A stretch of 64,000 bases of DNA, taken from positions 4,342,001 to 4,406,000 of the forward strand of contig CM075999.1 in the NCBI GenBank assembly GCA_038087875.1, written 5' to 3'. This document shows positions 1-12,705 of this stretch, piece by piece; the stretch's first letter is position 1, and every line of letters begins with the position of its first letter. This stretch comes from Malacoraja senta (lineage: Eukaryota). The notes beneath the pieces are model-generated. The model saw nothing but the letters and a program-made list of their open reading frames with translations. It did no database searches and was not told the DNA's origin. Made by a program: the position numbers and the translations under genes.

Positions 1-97
1 ATAACCAGTGATGTGAACAATGAGATTAAGCAATAAATAGTCAGATGCAGGTGACAGAGCCTAAAGCATGGAAGCAGGCCCTTCGGCCCATCTTTAC

Positions 98-2684
98 AAA
101 GGTGTAGCAACACTTATAGGGGTGTATTATAGACCGCCAAATGGGGAGCGAGAATTGGAAGAGCAAATATGTAAGGAGATAGCAGATATTAGTAGTAAGC
201 ACAAGGTAGTGATTGTGGGAGATTTCAATTTTCCACACATAGACTGGGAAACACATTCTGTAAAAGGGCTGGATGGTTTGGAGTTTGTAAAATGTGTGCA
301 GGATAGTTTTTTGCAGCAATACATAGAGGTACCTACTAGAGAAGGGGCAGTGCTGGACCTCCTGTTAGGAAATGAGACAGGGCAGGTGGCGGAGGTATGC
401 GTCGGGGAGCACTTCGGGTCCAGTGATCACAATACCATTAGTTTCAATATAATTATGGAGAGGGTCAGAACTGGACCTAGGGTTGGGATTTTTGATTTGA
501 GAAAGGCTAACTTTGAGGAGATGCGAAAGGATTTAAAAGGAGTGAATTGGGACATGTTGTTTTATGGGAAGGATGTGGAAGAGAAATGGAGGACATTTAA
601 GGGTGAAATTTTAAGAGTACAGAAACTTTATGTCCCTGTTTGGTTGAAAGGAAATAGTAAAAATTGGAAAGAGCCATGGTTTTCAAGGGAAATTGGACAC
701 TTGGTTCGGAAAAAGAGAGATATCTACAATAATTATAGGCAGCATGGAGTAAATGAGGTGCTTGAGGAGTATAAAGAATGTAAAAAGAATATTAGGAAAG
801 AAATTAGAAAAGCTAAAATAAGATATGAGGTTGCTTTGGCAAGTAAGGTGAAAGTAAATCCAAAGGGTTTCTACAGCTATATTAATAGCAAAAGGATAAC
901 AAGGAATAAAATTGGTCCATTAGAGAGTCAGAGTGGACAGCTATCTGCAGAGCCAAAAGAGATGGGGGAGATATTGAACAATTTCTTTTCTTCGGTATTC
1001 ACCAAGGAGAAGGATATGGAATTATGTGAGGTAAGGGAAACAAGCAGAGTAGCAATGGAAACTATGAGCTTCAAAGAAGAGGAGGTGCGGACACTTTTGA
1101 AAAATATGAAAACGGATAAGTCTCCAGATCCTGACAGGATATTCCCGAGGACATTGAGGGAAGTTAGTGTAGAAATAGCAGGGGCTATGACAGAAATATT
1201 TCAAATGTCATTAGAAACGGGAATAGTGCCGGTGGATTGGCGTACTGCGCATGTTGTTCCGTTGTTTAAAAAGGGTTCTAAGAGTAAACCTAGCAATTAT
1301 AGACCTGTTAGTTTGACGTCAGTGGTGGGCAAATGAATGGAAAGGATACTTAAAGATAATATATATAAGCATCTGGATAAGCAGGGTCTGATTAGGAACA
1401 GTCAACATGGATTTGTGCCTGGAAGGTCATGTTTGACTTATCTTCTAGAATTTTTCGAAGAGGTTACTAGGGAAATTGATGAGGGTAAAGCAGTGGATGT
1501 TGTCTATATGGACTTCAGTAAGGCCTTTGACAAGGTTCCTCATGGAAGGTTGGTTCAGAAGATTAAATTGTTGGGTATTAATGGTGGAGTAGCAAGATGG
1601 ATTCAACAGTGGCTGAATGGGAGATGCCAGAGAGTAATGGTGGATGGCTGTTTGTCAGGTTGGAGGCCAGTGACTAGTGGGTGCCTCAGGGGTCTGTGTT
1701 AGGTCCACTGTTGTTTGTCATGTATATCAATGATCTGGATGATGGTGTGGAAAATTGGATTAGTAAGTATGCAGATGATACTAAGATAGGTGGTGTGTTG
1801 GATAATGAAGTACATTTTCAAAGTCTACAGAGAGATTTAGGCCATTTGGAAGAGTGGGCTGAAAGATGGCAGATGGAGTTTAATGCTGATAAATGTGAGG
1901 TACTACATCTCGGCAGGACAAATCAAAATATGACGTACATGGTAAATGGTAGAGATTTGAGGAATGCAGTTGAACAGAGGGATCTAGGAATAACTGTGCA
2001 TAGTTCCCTGAAGGTGGAATCTCATGTAGATAGGGTGGTAAAGAAATCTTTTGGGGTGCTGGCCTTAATAAATCAGAGCATTGAATATAGAAGTTGGGAT
2101 GTAATGTTAAAATTGTACAAGGCATTGGTGAGGCCAATTCTGGAGTATGGAGTACAATTTTGGTCGCCTAATTATAGGAAGGATGTCAACAAAATAGAGA
2201 GAGTACAAAGGAGATTTACTAGAATGTTGCCTGGGTTTCAGCAACTAAGTTACAGAGAAAGGTTGAACAAGTTAGGTCTTTATTCTTTGGAGCGCAGAAG
2301 GTTAAGAGGGGACTTGATAGAGGTCTTTAAAATTATGAGCGGGTTAGACAGAGTTGACGTGGATAAGCTTTTTCCATTGAGAGTAGGGAAGATTCAAACA
2401 AGGGGACATGACTTGAGAATTAAGGGACAGAAGTTTAGGGGGAACATTAGGGGGAACTTCTTTACTCAGAGAGTGGTAGCTGTGTGGAATGAGCTTCCAG
2501 TGGAAGTGGTGGAGGCTGGATCGATTTTATCCTTTAAAAATAGATTGGATGGGTATATGGACGGGAAAGGAATGGAGGGTTATGGTCTGAGTGCAGGTAG
2601 ATGGGACTAGGGGGAAGTATTTATTTAAAAAATAAAAAAAATAAGCCTGTTTCCGTGCTGTAATGGTTATATGGTTATATGGTT
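98..2684 (+). mobile_element. CR1 LINE (family A), 5'-truncated; partial AP-endonuclease plus RT ORF2, disrupted
   Basis: ORFs 68-1336, 1337-1702 and 1681-2610 carry GVYYRPP, VGDFN, SDH (APE), NYRPVSL, QHGF, DFSKAFD, PQGSVLGP and YADD (RT). Compared with the copy at 25128 there is a TTA>TGA stop at 1334 and a 1-nt deletion near 1680. Tail is (TATGGTTA)-like repeats. Confidence 0.95.
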
Positions 2685-3384
2685 TTCTATACCAGACAAT
2701 GCTGTTCTCAGATCCTTAATGGTTCCAGTTAGATAAGGTAGTTAAGAGGTAGACGGGATGATTGTCACCGTTGGCAGAACAGCGAGGAGTAGAACAGGAA
2801 GGTGAAGCTGGAAATGAAAAAGCTCTGGGCACTGGCCTGCTCACCACATGTATGTATGTGTATGATTGTACACATGTATGATTGTATACATGTATGATAT
2901 GATTTGTGGGATGATATGATCCTGGAAAGCACACAACTGTATCTGGGTACACATGACAATAATAAACCAATACCAGATGGGAAAGGTGCGCCAAGTACTA
3001 TTGATACAGAGTCATTATACATCATAATAAGTACTTTACCTAGAATACATACAGAGACCATTGAAATGAGTGTAGGCTCCGAGTCGTAAGTTGAACTAAC
3101 CAGCATGGCTGCCCGCATGCCACCAGGTTGTAGTGTGGAAAACCTGACATGGATTATGGATCAGGTCAAGGATATACACCTTGTGACCAGGTCAAGGGTG
3201 TGATGAGGGGAATGGAGAACTGACAGCCGCTACGTTGAGCAGTGAGCAGGGAGAGATGGTGAAGGTGAATAAACTTCCTCAAAACCTCGCCTGCATTTTG
3301 CTGAATGTTCCCAGCAGATATCAGAGACATGTCCAATAGCAGATGTGAACAGATGTGAACAACGCCCGCCTCAAACTCTGGGGT

Positions 3385-3925
3385 GTTTGACCAAGTGTGT
3401 GTGAGCAGGTGTGTGTGTGTGTGACCAGGTGTGTATGTGAGCAGGTGTGTGTGTGACCAGGTGTGTGTGTGACCCGGTGTGTGTGTGAGCAGGTGTGTGT
3501 GTGAGCAGGTGTGTGTAACCAGGGGTGTGTGTGACCAGGGATGTGTGTGAGCAGGGATGTGTGTGGGCAGGGGTTGTGTGAGCAGGGTTTGTGTGAGCAG
3601 GGGTTGTGTGAGCAGGGGTTGTGTGAGCAGGGGTGTGCGAGCAGGGAAGTGTGCGAGCAGGTGTGTGCGACCAGGGGTGTGTGTGAGCAGGTGTGTGTGT
3701 GACCAGGTGTGTGTGACCAGGTGTGTGTGACCAGGTGTGTGTGTGTGACCAGGTATGTGTGACCAGGTGTGTGTGTGTGACCAGGTGTGTGTGACCAGGG
3801 GTGTGTGTGACCAGGTGTGTGTGACCAGGTGTGTGTGACCAGGTGTGTGTGTGTGTGACCAGGTATGTGTGACCAGGTGTGTGTGACCAGGTGTGTGTGT
3901 GTGACCAGGTGTGTGTGTGTGTGTG
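3385..3925. repeat. GT-rich minisatellite: (GT)n spacers interrupted by GACCAGG/GAGCAGG
   Basis: Directly visible array of GTGTGTGACCAGG and GTGTGAGCAGG variants. Confidence 0.95.
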
Positions 3926-4835
3926 CTGCCTCCACTGTTGTTCCTCATCTATACTAAGGACTTGCATGATAATGTAATTGGTTTTGCAGATGACACTCAA
4001 TTTGGACAGTGAAGAACTTTTCCTCAGGGTGAGGATGCCTAAAATAGAGGGGATAGATTTAAGGTGAGAGGGGTAAGAGTTAACAGAGATCTGAGAGACA
4101 TGTTTTGCACAGAGGGTGGTTTATATGTGGAGTGAGTGATGAAAGAAAGTGGCAGGGGGGTGATACAGAACATCATTTCAGTCATTTTGACATGGATAAA
4201 AAAGGTTGAGTGATTTTGGGCCAAACGTGAGCAAATAGGATATCTCAGGTAGGAATAGACAAGTTGGGCCAAAATGCCAGTTTCCGTGCCATGACTCCAT
4301 GACTCGAGGAAATTGAATAATCAAGTTCTAATCCCAGTTTAAGCACAGAACTCTATTGGAAATGAGTAAATGTAGATGAGAACGTAAACAGAGCCATCTC
4401 CCGTGACAGCTCAAACTTCCAGTTAGATCACAACCGATCATTATTCCTCCCATTTGTCCACGATTGGTCCATATCTCTCTGCACCTTTCTTATCCATGTA
4501 CCTGTCCAAATGTCTTTTAAATGTTGTTATTGCACATGCCTCAACTACCTCCTCTGGCAGCTCGTTCCAAAAGTACATCATTATGGCATTCAAAATACGT
4601 AAAACATGCAGGTGCCAGAAATCTGAAATAAAATTAGAAACCACTGGAAATACCCAGAGGTTCGGCAGCATCTGCGGAAAGAAAAGGGAGTTAAGCGCAG
4701 ATTGCTGACCTTTCATCAAAATGGGAAAAGTGAGAAAAAAAGCATGCTTTAAATTACAGAGAGAGAAGTGTGGACAGAAGGCACTGTGTCCATCAGGGTG
4801 GAGACAGAGAGAAATCTGACATCACTGATACTTCA

Positions 4836-4912
4836 CACACACCTGGTCACACACCTGCTCGCACACACCTGCTCACACACACCCCTGGTCACACACCTGC
4901 TCGCACACACCC
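4836..4912. repeat. Inverted 77-bp copy of the 3.4-3.9 kb minisatellite, flanked by an 11-bp direct repeat
   Basis: CACACACCTGGTC/CCTGCTC units; CTGATACTTCA at 4825-4835 and 4913-4923. Confidence 0.85.
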
Positions 4913-5599
4913 CTGATACTTCAGGAGATTCTGACGAGATGGGTAAACGTTTACTCAGCACAACCGCTGAAGGAAGGCAAACGACTGAGGGCAGAAGAGA
5001 GAGGTCACTGGTGGAGCTGAGAGGTGTAGAACACTGCAGTTGTTGGAATCAGAAATAAGACTTTGCTGGAATGAGCTGGCGGCTCAGGGATCTTCATGGA
5101 GAGAGAACCGCAGTTCATGTTTCAGAATAGACGACCTGATTGTAGAATGGCCAGAGCAAGATGAGGTGATGCTCTTGGACTTATTGTGTTGGGGCCAGAG
5201 ACAGGGAGCAGTCAGGGGGAGATGGCCAGTGATGGCCAGTGAGAAGCTCAGTCAGTGAAGGGGTGACTAGCCATTGGCAGGAATGGCAGAATCATGAGGT
5301 CCCAGAGTAAGTGGTCTCCTCATAGCGCTGGCTCAGGAGGGTAGTAACATCTCCATGCAGGTGGGGGACATTAGGAAAGATGAAATGTGGAGGCTGCTGG
5401 AGGACAAGGAGAACCTTCTCCAGGTTTGGAGGTGGGTGGGTGAGACGAGAAGTGTGAGAAATGAAAGAGAAGCAGAAAAAGTTGTCGTTCTGGAAAAACA
5501 AAGACACCTGTAAGGTCCAGTTCATTCTTGATTTTATAGGTCTGTCATATGTAACAACAATAATCAGAGCAGACTGATTCATCCCTGTGTTCAGAGAGC

Positions 5600-6380
5600 T
5601 CATGGAAATGCATCGAAATGTAAAGTGATTATGCTGAGGGTGTCCAGGAAACATAAACCAGGATCAGTGAAGTATTCTATGGTTGGCAAAACCTTACAGG
5701 TCACTGAAGACAAATATCTGTGTGTCTTTATCCAAAACAACCTGAAGTGGGATAAGCAGTCACATGATGCTGCAAACAAAAGCAAGGAGATGCTCAACTT
5801 CATCCAGAGAAACTTCCACCATTGTTCTAAAACTGTCAAAAAAAAATTGTGCCAAACCATCGTCCAACCACACTTGGAGTATGCCTCCGCTGCTTGGAAC
5901 CCCAGTACCAAGAAAAATAAGATGTTCTTCAAAATGTTCAACGAAGAGCAGCCCGGTTTGCGTCGGCAACTTCAGACGACAATCCAGTGTAACCAAAATG
6001 CTCACCGACTTAAACTGGGACTCCCTTGAAACCAGACGCTAGATGCTCAGACTGACGACCCTTCACAAGATCATCAACCTCGACGTTGACTTATACGTCA
6101 GAAAGAAAACAACAAGATCCAGAAGAAGCCACAACAAGCAACTTGTAGTTCAACAACACACATCTCCTCCTGTCATCCAGTCATTCTTCCCTGAAGCAAT
6201 TTCCCTCTGGAATGCCCTCCCACAATCCTCTATGCCCACCTACGCAACCTTCAAGACCTCCATCCAGGCCCACAGACGGTAAGAGCCCCCACCAGACCAG
6301 ACCAGACCCACTCTCGTCAACTTCCAGTATAGTCCCTGGTGGACTCTTCGGGAGTGATGACCACAAGGAACAAGGAAGCT
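5600..6380 (+). mobile_element. 3' fragment of a divergent CR1-group LINE (RT C-terminus), frameshifted
   Basis: Peptides KYLCVFIQNNLKWDKQ, VQPHLEYASAAWNP, SSVTKMLTDLNWDSLETRR and SFFPEAISLWNALP across frames. A/C-rich, unlike the other CR1 copies here. Confidence 0.75.
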
Positions 6381-6499
6381 CACAGAGGCTTGCGGAAGCT
6401 CGCGGTGTTTGGCGGATGGATGGGAAGTGATGGTCAGTAAGTCAACGTGCACAAACCAGGAAGCAGAGTCGGCACAAGACCTGGATATTCAGGACAACG

Positions 6500-7101
6500 A
6501 TTGTAGGCTTTGTGGCCAAGTTTGCGGATGATATGAAAATAGGTGGAAGGGCAGGTAGTGTAGAGAGAGCAGAAGGACTTGGACAGGTTGGGAAAATGGG
6601 CAGAGAAGTGGCAGATGGAATAAAGTGTGGAGTCATGCATTTTAGTAGTAGGAATAAAGGCATAGACTATTTTCTAAATGGAGCGTTTGTTGGTACTGGG
6701 CCTGTACTCGCTGGAGTTTAGAAGAATGAGGGGGGACCTCATTGAAACATACAGAATAGTGAAAGGCTTGGATGGAATGGATGTGGAGAGGATGTTTCCA
6801 CTCGTGGGGGAGTCTAGGACTAGAGGTCACAACTTCAGAATTAAAGGACGTTCTTTTAGGAAGATGAGGATAAATGTCTTTAGCCAGAGGGTGGTGAATC
6901 TGTGAAATTCTTTGCCACAGAAGACTGTGGAGGGCAATTAGTGGATATTTTTAAGGCAGATAGATAAATTCTTGATTAGCACGGGTGTCAGAGGTTATGA
7001 TGAGAAGGCAAGAGAATGGGGTTAGGAGGGAGAGATAGAATGGTAGTAGACTTGATGGGCCGAATGTTCTAATTCTACTCCTATTCCTTATGACTTATGA
7101 C
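6500..7101 (+). mobile_element. CR1 LINE 3' fragment with internal deletion
   Basis: AKFADDMKIGG and [17 protein letters not shown] motifs; CR1 3' UTR with TTATGAC tail. Confidence 0.85.
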
Positions 7102-7951
7102 AGCGTGAGAAGAAATTTTTTCACCCAGAGGAGTGAATCCCGGGGGTCTGAGCACTGTCGCTTGCTGCATCTAGTCGAGACTGAGAGTGGTAAATGTTTG
7201 AACATTAAATGAAGGGATGCAGGACTGGTGCAGAAAAGCTGAGGGAGAGGGTTAGGAAGGGCCGAGGGCTAGAGTGGCTTCACCCCTCTGCTTCTTCCTC
7301 TGTCCTGATTATGGCACGATGTCATCAGAGTGTAACTGCTCCCCTGATCATTTGGATCAATATACGAGGAAATATCAGCAATTTCATTCCCCATTGACAC
7401 ATTTCCTTAGAGCGACAGTGCTTCCGTTACTTGCTCCGACACGGGGTACAGAAGTGATTGTCTCTGTCTCTGCCATCCTGGTGGCTTCACACCAACTCAA
7501 ACTGAGACGGGAGCTTCAACAATTCTTGCTGCATCCCAGTTAACAAATTGACATCCAAGAGATGAAGATTGGCCTTTCCTTGCACCAACTAAGTCACAAT
7601 TCAGTGCCCAGGTATGAGCCGCCACCAGCTGGTGGAAGAAGTGACACGTGAGCCTTTTGGAGGTTTAACTCGGGATCAATGTAACATGATTGTCACTAAC
7701 TCCACGGGAGCAGTAATTCAGCTCTGACTGTCATCTCCATGTAGTGGCTGCCCAGGTATAGGCATGCAGGTGAGTTTGGTGGGAACTGCCCTCATCTCCT
7801 CACCCGATGCATGACCTGAACAAAAGGTAAATCATTCTCATTGCAGGTCCCAGTGGCAGCGAGCTGCGGTACAGACAAGAAAGCTTCTGCAGCCCAGCTC
7901 ACAGCTCCTATATAACGCAACCCAACGGAATGGGGATAGGCAGGTGGCCAG

Positions 7952-8210
7952 GCAGCATCCATGGGGATAGGAGCAGCATCCATGGGGATAGGAGCAGTAT
8001 CCATAGGGATAGGTGCAGCATCTATGGGGATAGGAGCAGCATCCATGGGGATAGGAGCAGCATCCATGGAGATAGGAGCAGCATCCATGGGGATAGGAGC
8101 AGCATCCATGGGGATAGGAGCAGTATCCATAGGGATAGGTGCAGCATCTATGGGGATAGGAGCAGTATCCATAGGGATAGGTGCAGCATCTATGGGGATA
8201 GGTGCAGCAT
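7952..8210. repeat. 21-bp tandem repeat (GCAGCATCCATGGGGATAGGA), about 12 copies
   Basis: Directly visible; explains the repetitive ORFs at 7792-8229. Confidence 0.95.
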
Positions 8211-8342
8211 TCTCACTTTAGGTGGATGAATATTCATCAGGAATGGAAAAGCACTTTCCAGTTCTGACCAATGTCACTGACTACAGCCTGATCTGCTGAC
8301 AAACTCCAGTGACTTCTAGAAAGGTCTTTATTATCATGAAGG

Positions 8343-9537
8343 CTTTCAGAAGGCTTTCGACAAGGTCCCACATAAGAGATTAATATACAAACTTAAAGCA
8401 CACGGTATTGGGGGTTCAGTATTGATGTGGATAGAGAACTGGCTGGCAAACAGGAAGCAAAGAGTAGGAGTAAACGGGTCCTTTTCACAATGGCAGGCAG
8501 TGACTAGTGGGGTACCGCAAGGCTCAGTGCTGGGACCCCAGCTATTTACAATTTATATTAATGAGCTGGATGAGGGAATTGAAGGCAACATCTCCAAGTT
8601 TGCGGATGACACTAAGCTGGGGGGCAGTGTTAGCTGTGAGGAGGATGCTAGGAGACTGCAAGGTGACTTGGATAGGCTGGGTGAATGGGCAAATGTTTGG
8701 CAGATGCAGTATAATGTGGATAAATGTGAGGTTATCCACTTTGGTGGCAAAAACAGAAAAGCAGACTATTACCTAAATGGTGGCTGATTAGGAAAAGGGG
8801 AGATGCAGCGAGACCTGGGTGTCATGGTACACCAGTCATTGAAAGTAGGCATGCAGGTGCAGCAGGCAGTGAAGAAAGTGAATGGTATGTTAGCTTTCAT
8901 AGCAAAAGGATTTGAGTATAGGAGCAGGGAGGTTCTACTGCAGTTGTACAGGGTCTTGGTGAGACCACACCTGGAGTATTGCGTACAGTTTTGGTCTCCA
9001 AATCCGAGGAAGGACATTATAGCCATAGAGGGAGTGCAGAGAAGGTTCACCAGAATGATTCCTGGGATGTCAGGACTTTCATATGAAGAAAGAGTGGATA
9101 GACTCGGCTTATACTCGCTAGAATTTAGGAGATTGAGAGGGGATCTTATAGAAACTTACAAAATTCTAATGGGGTTGGACAGGCTAGATGCAGGAAGATT
9201 GTTCCCGATGTTGGGGAAGTCCAGGACAAGGGGTCACAGCTTAAGGATAAGGGGGAAATCCTTTAAGACCGAGATGAGAAAAAACTTTTTCACACAGAGA
9301 GTGGTGAATCTCTGGAACTCTCTGCCACAGAGTGTAGTTGAGGCCAGTTCATTGGCTATATTTAAGAGGGAGTTAGATGTGGCCCTTGTGGCTAAAGGGA
9401 TCAGAGGGTATGGAGAGAAGGCAGGTATGGGATACTGAGTTGGATGATCAGCCATGATCATATCAAATGGCGGTGCAGGCTCGAAGGGCCGAATGGCCTA
9501 CTCCTGCACCTATTTTCTATGTATCTATGTATCTATG
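8343..9537 (+). mobile_element. CR1 LINE (family B), 5'-truncated RT
   Basis: KAFDKVPH, PQGSVLGP, FADD, VRPHLEYCVQFWSP; CGA>TGA stop at 8785; (CTATGTAT)n tail. Confidence 0.95.
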
Positions 9538-11356
9538 CTGTGAAAATCACCCAGATAACACAGCATGGTACAGAATAGGAACAGGCCCTTTGGCCCATCA
9601 TGTCTATGCTGTCCATCAGGACAAAGTAAAGTACAAATCTGCCTGCACATGGTATGTATCTTCATGTGGGGAATAAATAAGAGAAATCTATAACATTACT
9701 CTTGTATCTACTTCCACCATTCCCAGCCAACAAATTTCACTGCACTCTCTGCAAAAACCTTGCCTCATAAACCTCCATTAAACGTTCCACCTCTCACCTT
9801 AAACCTATGCCCTCTATTGTTTAACATTTTCACCCTTGGAAAAAGGTTCTGACAATCTACCCTATTGATAGAATCACAGCATGGAAACAGGCCCTTCAGT
9901 CAAAATCGTCCTTGCTGTCCAAGATGCCCCATCTAAGCTGGTTCCATTTGCCTTCATTTGGCCCATATCCCTACAAACCTCTCCTATCTGTGTACCTGAC
10001 CAACTAGTTTTTTTAAATGTTTGTTATATACCTGCCTCAACCACAACCATATATCACCGATCTATGTGTGAAAAAGTTGCCCTTCAGGTTCATATTAAAT
10101 CTTTCCTCTCTCACCTTACACCAACGGCGCCTGTTTCTTGATTCCTTTACCCTATCTATTCCCCTCATGATTGTATATATCTCTATAATATTACTCCTCA
10201 GTCTTCTGCACTCCATGGAATAAAATCCTAGCCTGCCCAATCTCTCTCTTAAGCTTGAGTCTTGGCAACACCCATGTCAATCTTCTCAGCACCCTTTCCT
10301 AAAGCAGTAAACACGTGCAACCTCACCAACATCCTCCACAACTGTAACTTAACGTTCCAACTTCTCTACTCAATTCCCTGACTGACGCTTCTCTTAATTT
10401 TATAAACTTCTATCAGGTCTCCCATCAGCCTCCTTCTGCAGTGTCACAGAGGGTGGTCGTGAGATATCTGAAGATGACGCACTTAAACACCAGGCCTAGC
10501 CCAGCCTGGGCGGCAGAGAGAATTACAACCAATGACAATGCAAACACACTCACTTCCTTTAACTCTTTATTCACTTGATTTCAACCTTGTGTTGATTCAT
10601 GGCTTCCAATAAAAACAGCCCTGAGATGCGTCCGACATCAGTCACGGGACGAGACTTTAATCAAATCTCTGCTGACAATCACACAAATATGGGCCAGACG
10701 CGGGCAGGTTGGGCCGAAGGGCAAGTTCGAAGCGCTGTGTGACTCTGTCTCTCTAAGTGTGGGCCTGTGTTATCTCTGATCACGGGGCAGTTCACAGCTG
10801 AAGTCGGAACTAGTCAATAACCACAGAATGTCCGTGTGAAACATCAGGCTCGGCTCGGCTTCATTCATATCAATGCAGTTTTACATTCATTCCCTGTAAA
10901 CAACATCCCAACCCACCTCCCACCCCTCTCCCACAGAGTTCCAGCCTCAGACATCTGTGGCAGTGGAGGGTCTTGAACCACTTGCTGCTCTGGTCCAGTT
11001 TTGCCCAGAGACCATGTTGACGGACACATCTACTGGAGGTAGAATGGTGTTAATGTCGATCAGCAACTGACGTACATCAGCGACGGGAACCCAGGACAGA
11101 GGGCTGGGACCCCCCCACCGGGCTGAGACCCCCACACACTGGACATTGCAGATGGACATGTCCCCTTCTGGGGGCAGCACATCTCACACCAACCTCTGCA
11201 AGTGAGGGACCTCTCGCGGTTTGAAGCCGCCGCACAAGGTCGTCAGGACCTTGGAATTCCTGTGTCTGACCCTGACACTGAGAAGCTGCCGGTACCAACT
11301 CTCTGATCACTCATCCGATGCCAACAGCCAATGTCAGAACTTTCAAGTTGCCTCAC

Positions 11357-11528
11357 CTGAACTCTGTGACCCTTTTCTCTGCCTGGACGCTGAGTTGTTC
11401 CCTTCACTCTTTGACCTCTTGTTCTTGCGCCCGGACAAACGCAGCCAACTCAGAGCCCTCAGTAACGAACTCGGCTTGGACCTTTTCTTCTGTTTCAACA
11501 CGGCCTCCACCCCGGAGAGGTCATCCAT
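11357..11528 (-). CDS. NHSL3: First coding exon of KIAA1522/NHSL3 (isoform with basic N-terminus)
   Basis: Kozak GCCATGG; encodes MDDLSGVEAVLKQKKRSKPSSLLRALSWLRLSGRKNKRSK..., resembling the recalled human isoform motif RRKKSRSGASGLRRAFSWLRGKRRKKK; phase-1 donor CAG|GTGAGG; synteny with SYNC and RBBP4. Downstream exons not found in this window. Confidence 0.75.
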
Positions 11529-12106
11529 GGCGCTGCCCGGCCACCTGGAGCTGCTGGACTTTGTTCAGTCGCACACACAGCCGTACATGTAGAACAGGTC
11601 CAGGCGCAATCTGAAACACTTTCCACATCGGGTGGGTTGGTGAACGATCAGCTTCAGTCCCGACACAACTCTTATGTTTCAACAGTCACTGAACAACTTC
11701 TGACTTGTCCGGCAGCTCATAGTCGATGTCGCATTAAGGTTCACACAGTCCAGCACAACTCAGAGGTGACCTGTTCACCACACAACGTCGGGAATCGAAA
11801 ATACCTGGAAAATTCCACTCCGCCTCCATTTAACAGCTCATCATCACTGGAGAAACGGCAGGAATGTCAGCGGCGTTTGCTGACTCACTTTAATGGTACA
11901 GTGGTAGCTCTAACTCCACCCTGCAAACAGTCAGCTCTTCTGCCGCCTTTTACCAGACTCGGCCACACTCCATAGCATTGGTTGGATTATTTCCTGATCT
12001 ACTACATGAGCTGGAGAGGTCCAGCCTGTTTCTCTGCTTTAGTGAAGCAGCCGCCTGACTGCTGGCACTCCTCTCGCCTGAAACCTGACACCCGTCCACT
12101 GCGAGG

Positions 12107-12114
12107 TTATATAG
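12107..12114 (-). promoter_or_regulatory. Candidate TATA box upstream of the KIAA1522/NHSL3 exon
   Basis: CTATATAA on the minus strand, about 580 nt upstream of the ATG, in non-repetitive sequence. Confidence 0.3.
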
Positions 12115-12559
12115 ATGTTCCCAGCCGTTGCTAAACAGCCTTTAGCAGTGAAATACTGAAACACTCAGTGGCCAGATAAGTCTGATATCTGTTGTGTGTG
12201 TCCAAGGTCCCTCTGACAATCTATACTTCCCCCTAACCTTTGCCCTGTCAACGCATTGCTGTGCTCACATTGAAACATCGTGAGTAAGGAGCAGAAACAA
12301 TGTCTATCCCTTCAACTCCATACATTCTTTCCTTTGTAATAAACTAAGTGCTAACTCCGACCCCCCCCCCTCCTCTTCATGTGAAAGACAGGTTAATTCC
12401 GTGCACCTTGTGTCCAGATATCCAGTATACCCCCCCCCCCCCCCGACCCACCCGTGGGTAACACCCCCCCCACCAAGACCTTGTTTCACCTGACTGATCT
12501 TAAGCTAACCACGACCCACCCTGGGTCGGTACTGGCCAATACAATGATGAACCAAATGA

Positions 12560-12705
12560 AGACTGACACAAAATGCTGGAGTAACTCAGCGGGACAGGCA
12601 GCATCTCTGGAGAGAAGGAATTGGTGACCATTGGGTCGAGGCCCTTCTTCAGACTGAGAGTCAGGGGAGAAGGAAACTTGAGATATGGAAGGGTGAGGTG
12701 TGAAC
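12560..12705 (-). mobile_element. Penelope-like pLTR remnant with degenerate hammerhead core
   Basis: Minus strand reads GACTCTCAGT-CTGAAGA-AGGGCCTCGACCC...CCAGAGATGCTGCCTGTCCCGCTGAGTTACTCCAGCA. The same module recurs at ~14018, 18120, 34320, 44000, 45850, 52710, 56580 and 60750. Confidence 0.65.

Noticed and set aside
3166..4000. Three long His/Thr-rich ORFs (204-260 aa)
   Set aside because: They are translations of the stop-free GT minisatellite in all three frames, with no exon signals.
7792..8229. Repetitive ORFs (MDAAPIP)n and a CRISPR-like appearance
   Set aside because: This is a contiguous 21-bp tandem repeat with no unique spacers and no cas genes, in eukaryotic context.
11221..11614. 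Plus-strand ORFs of 123 and 98 aa
   Set aside because: They are antisense shadows of the minus-strand KIAA1522 exon, which has the Kozak context, donor and motif similarity.
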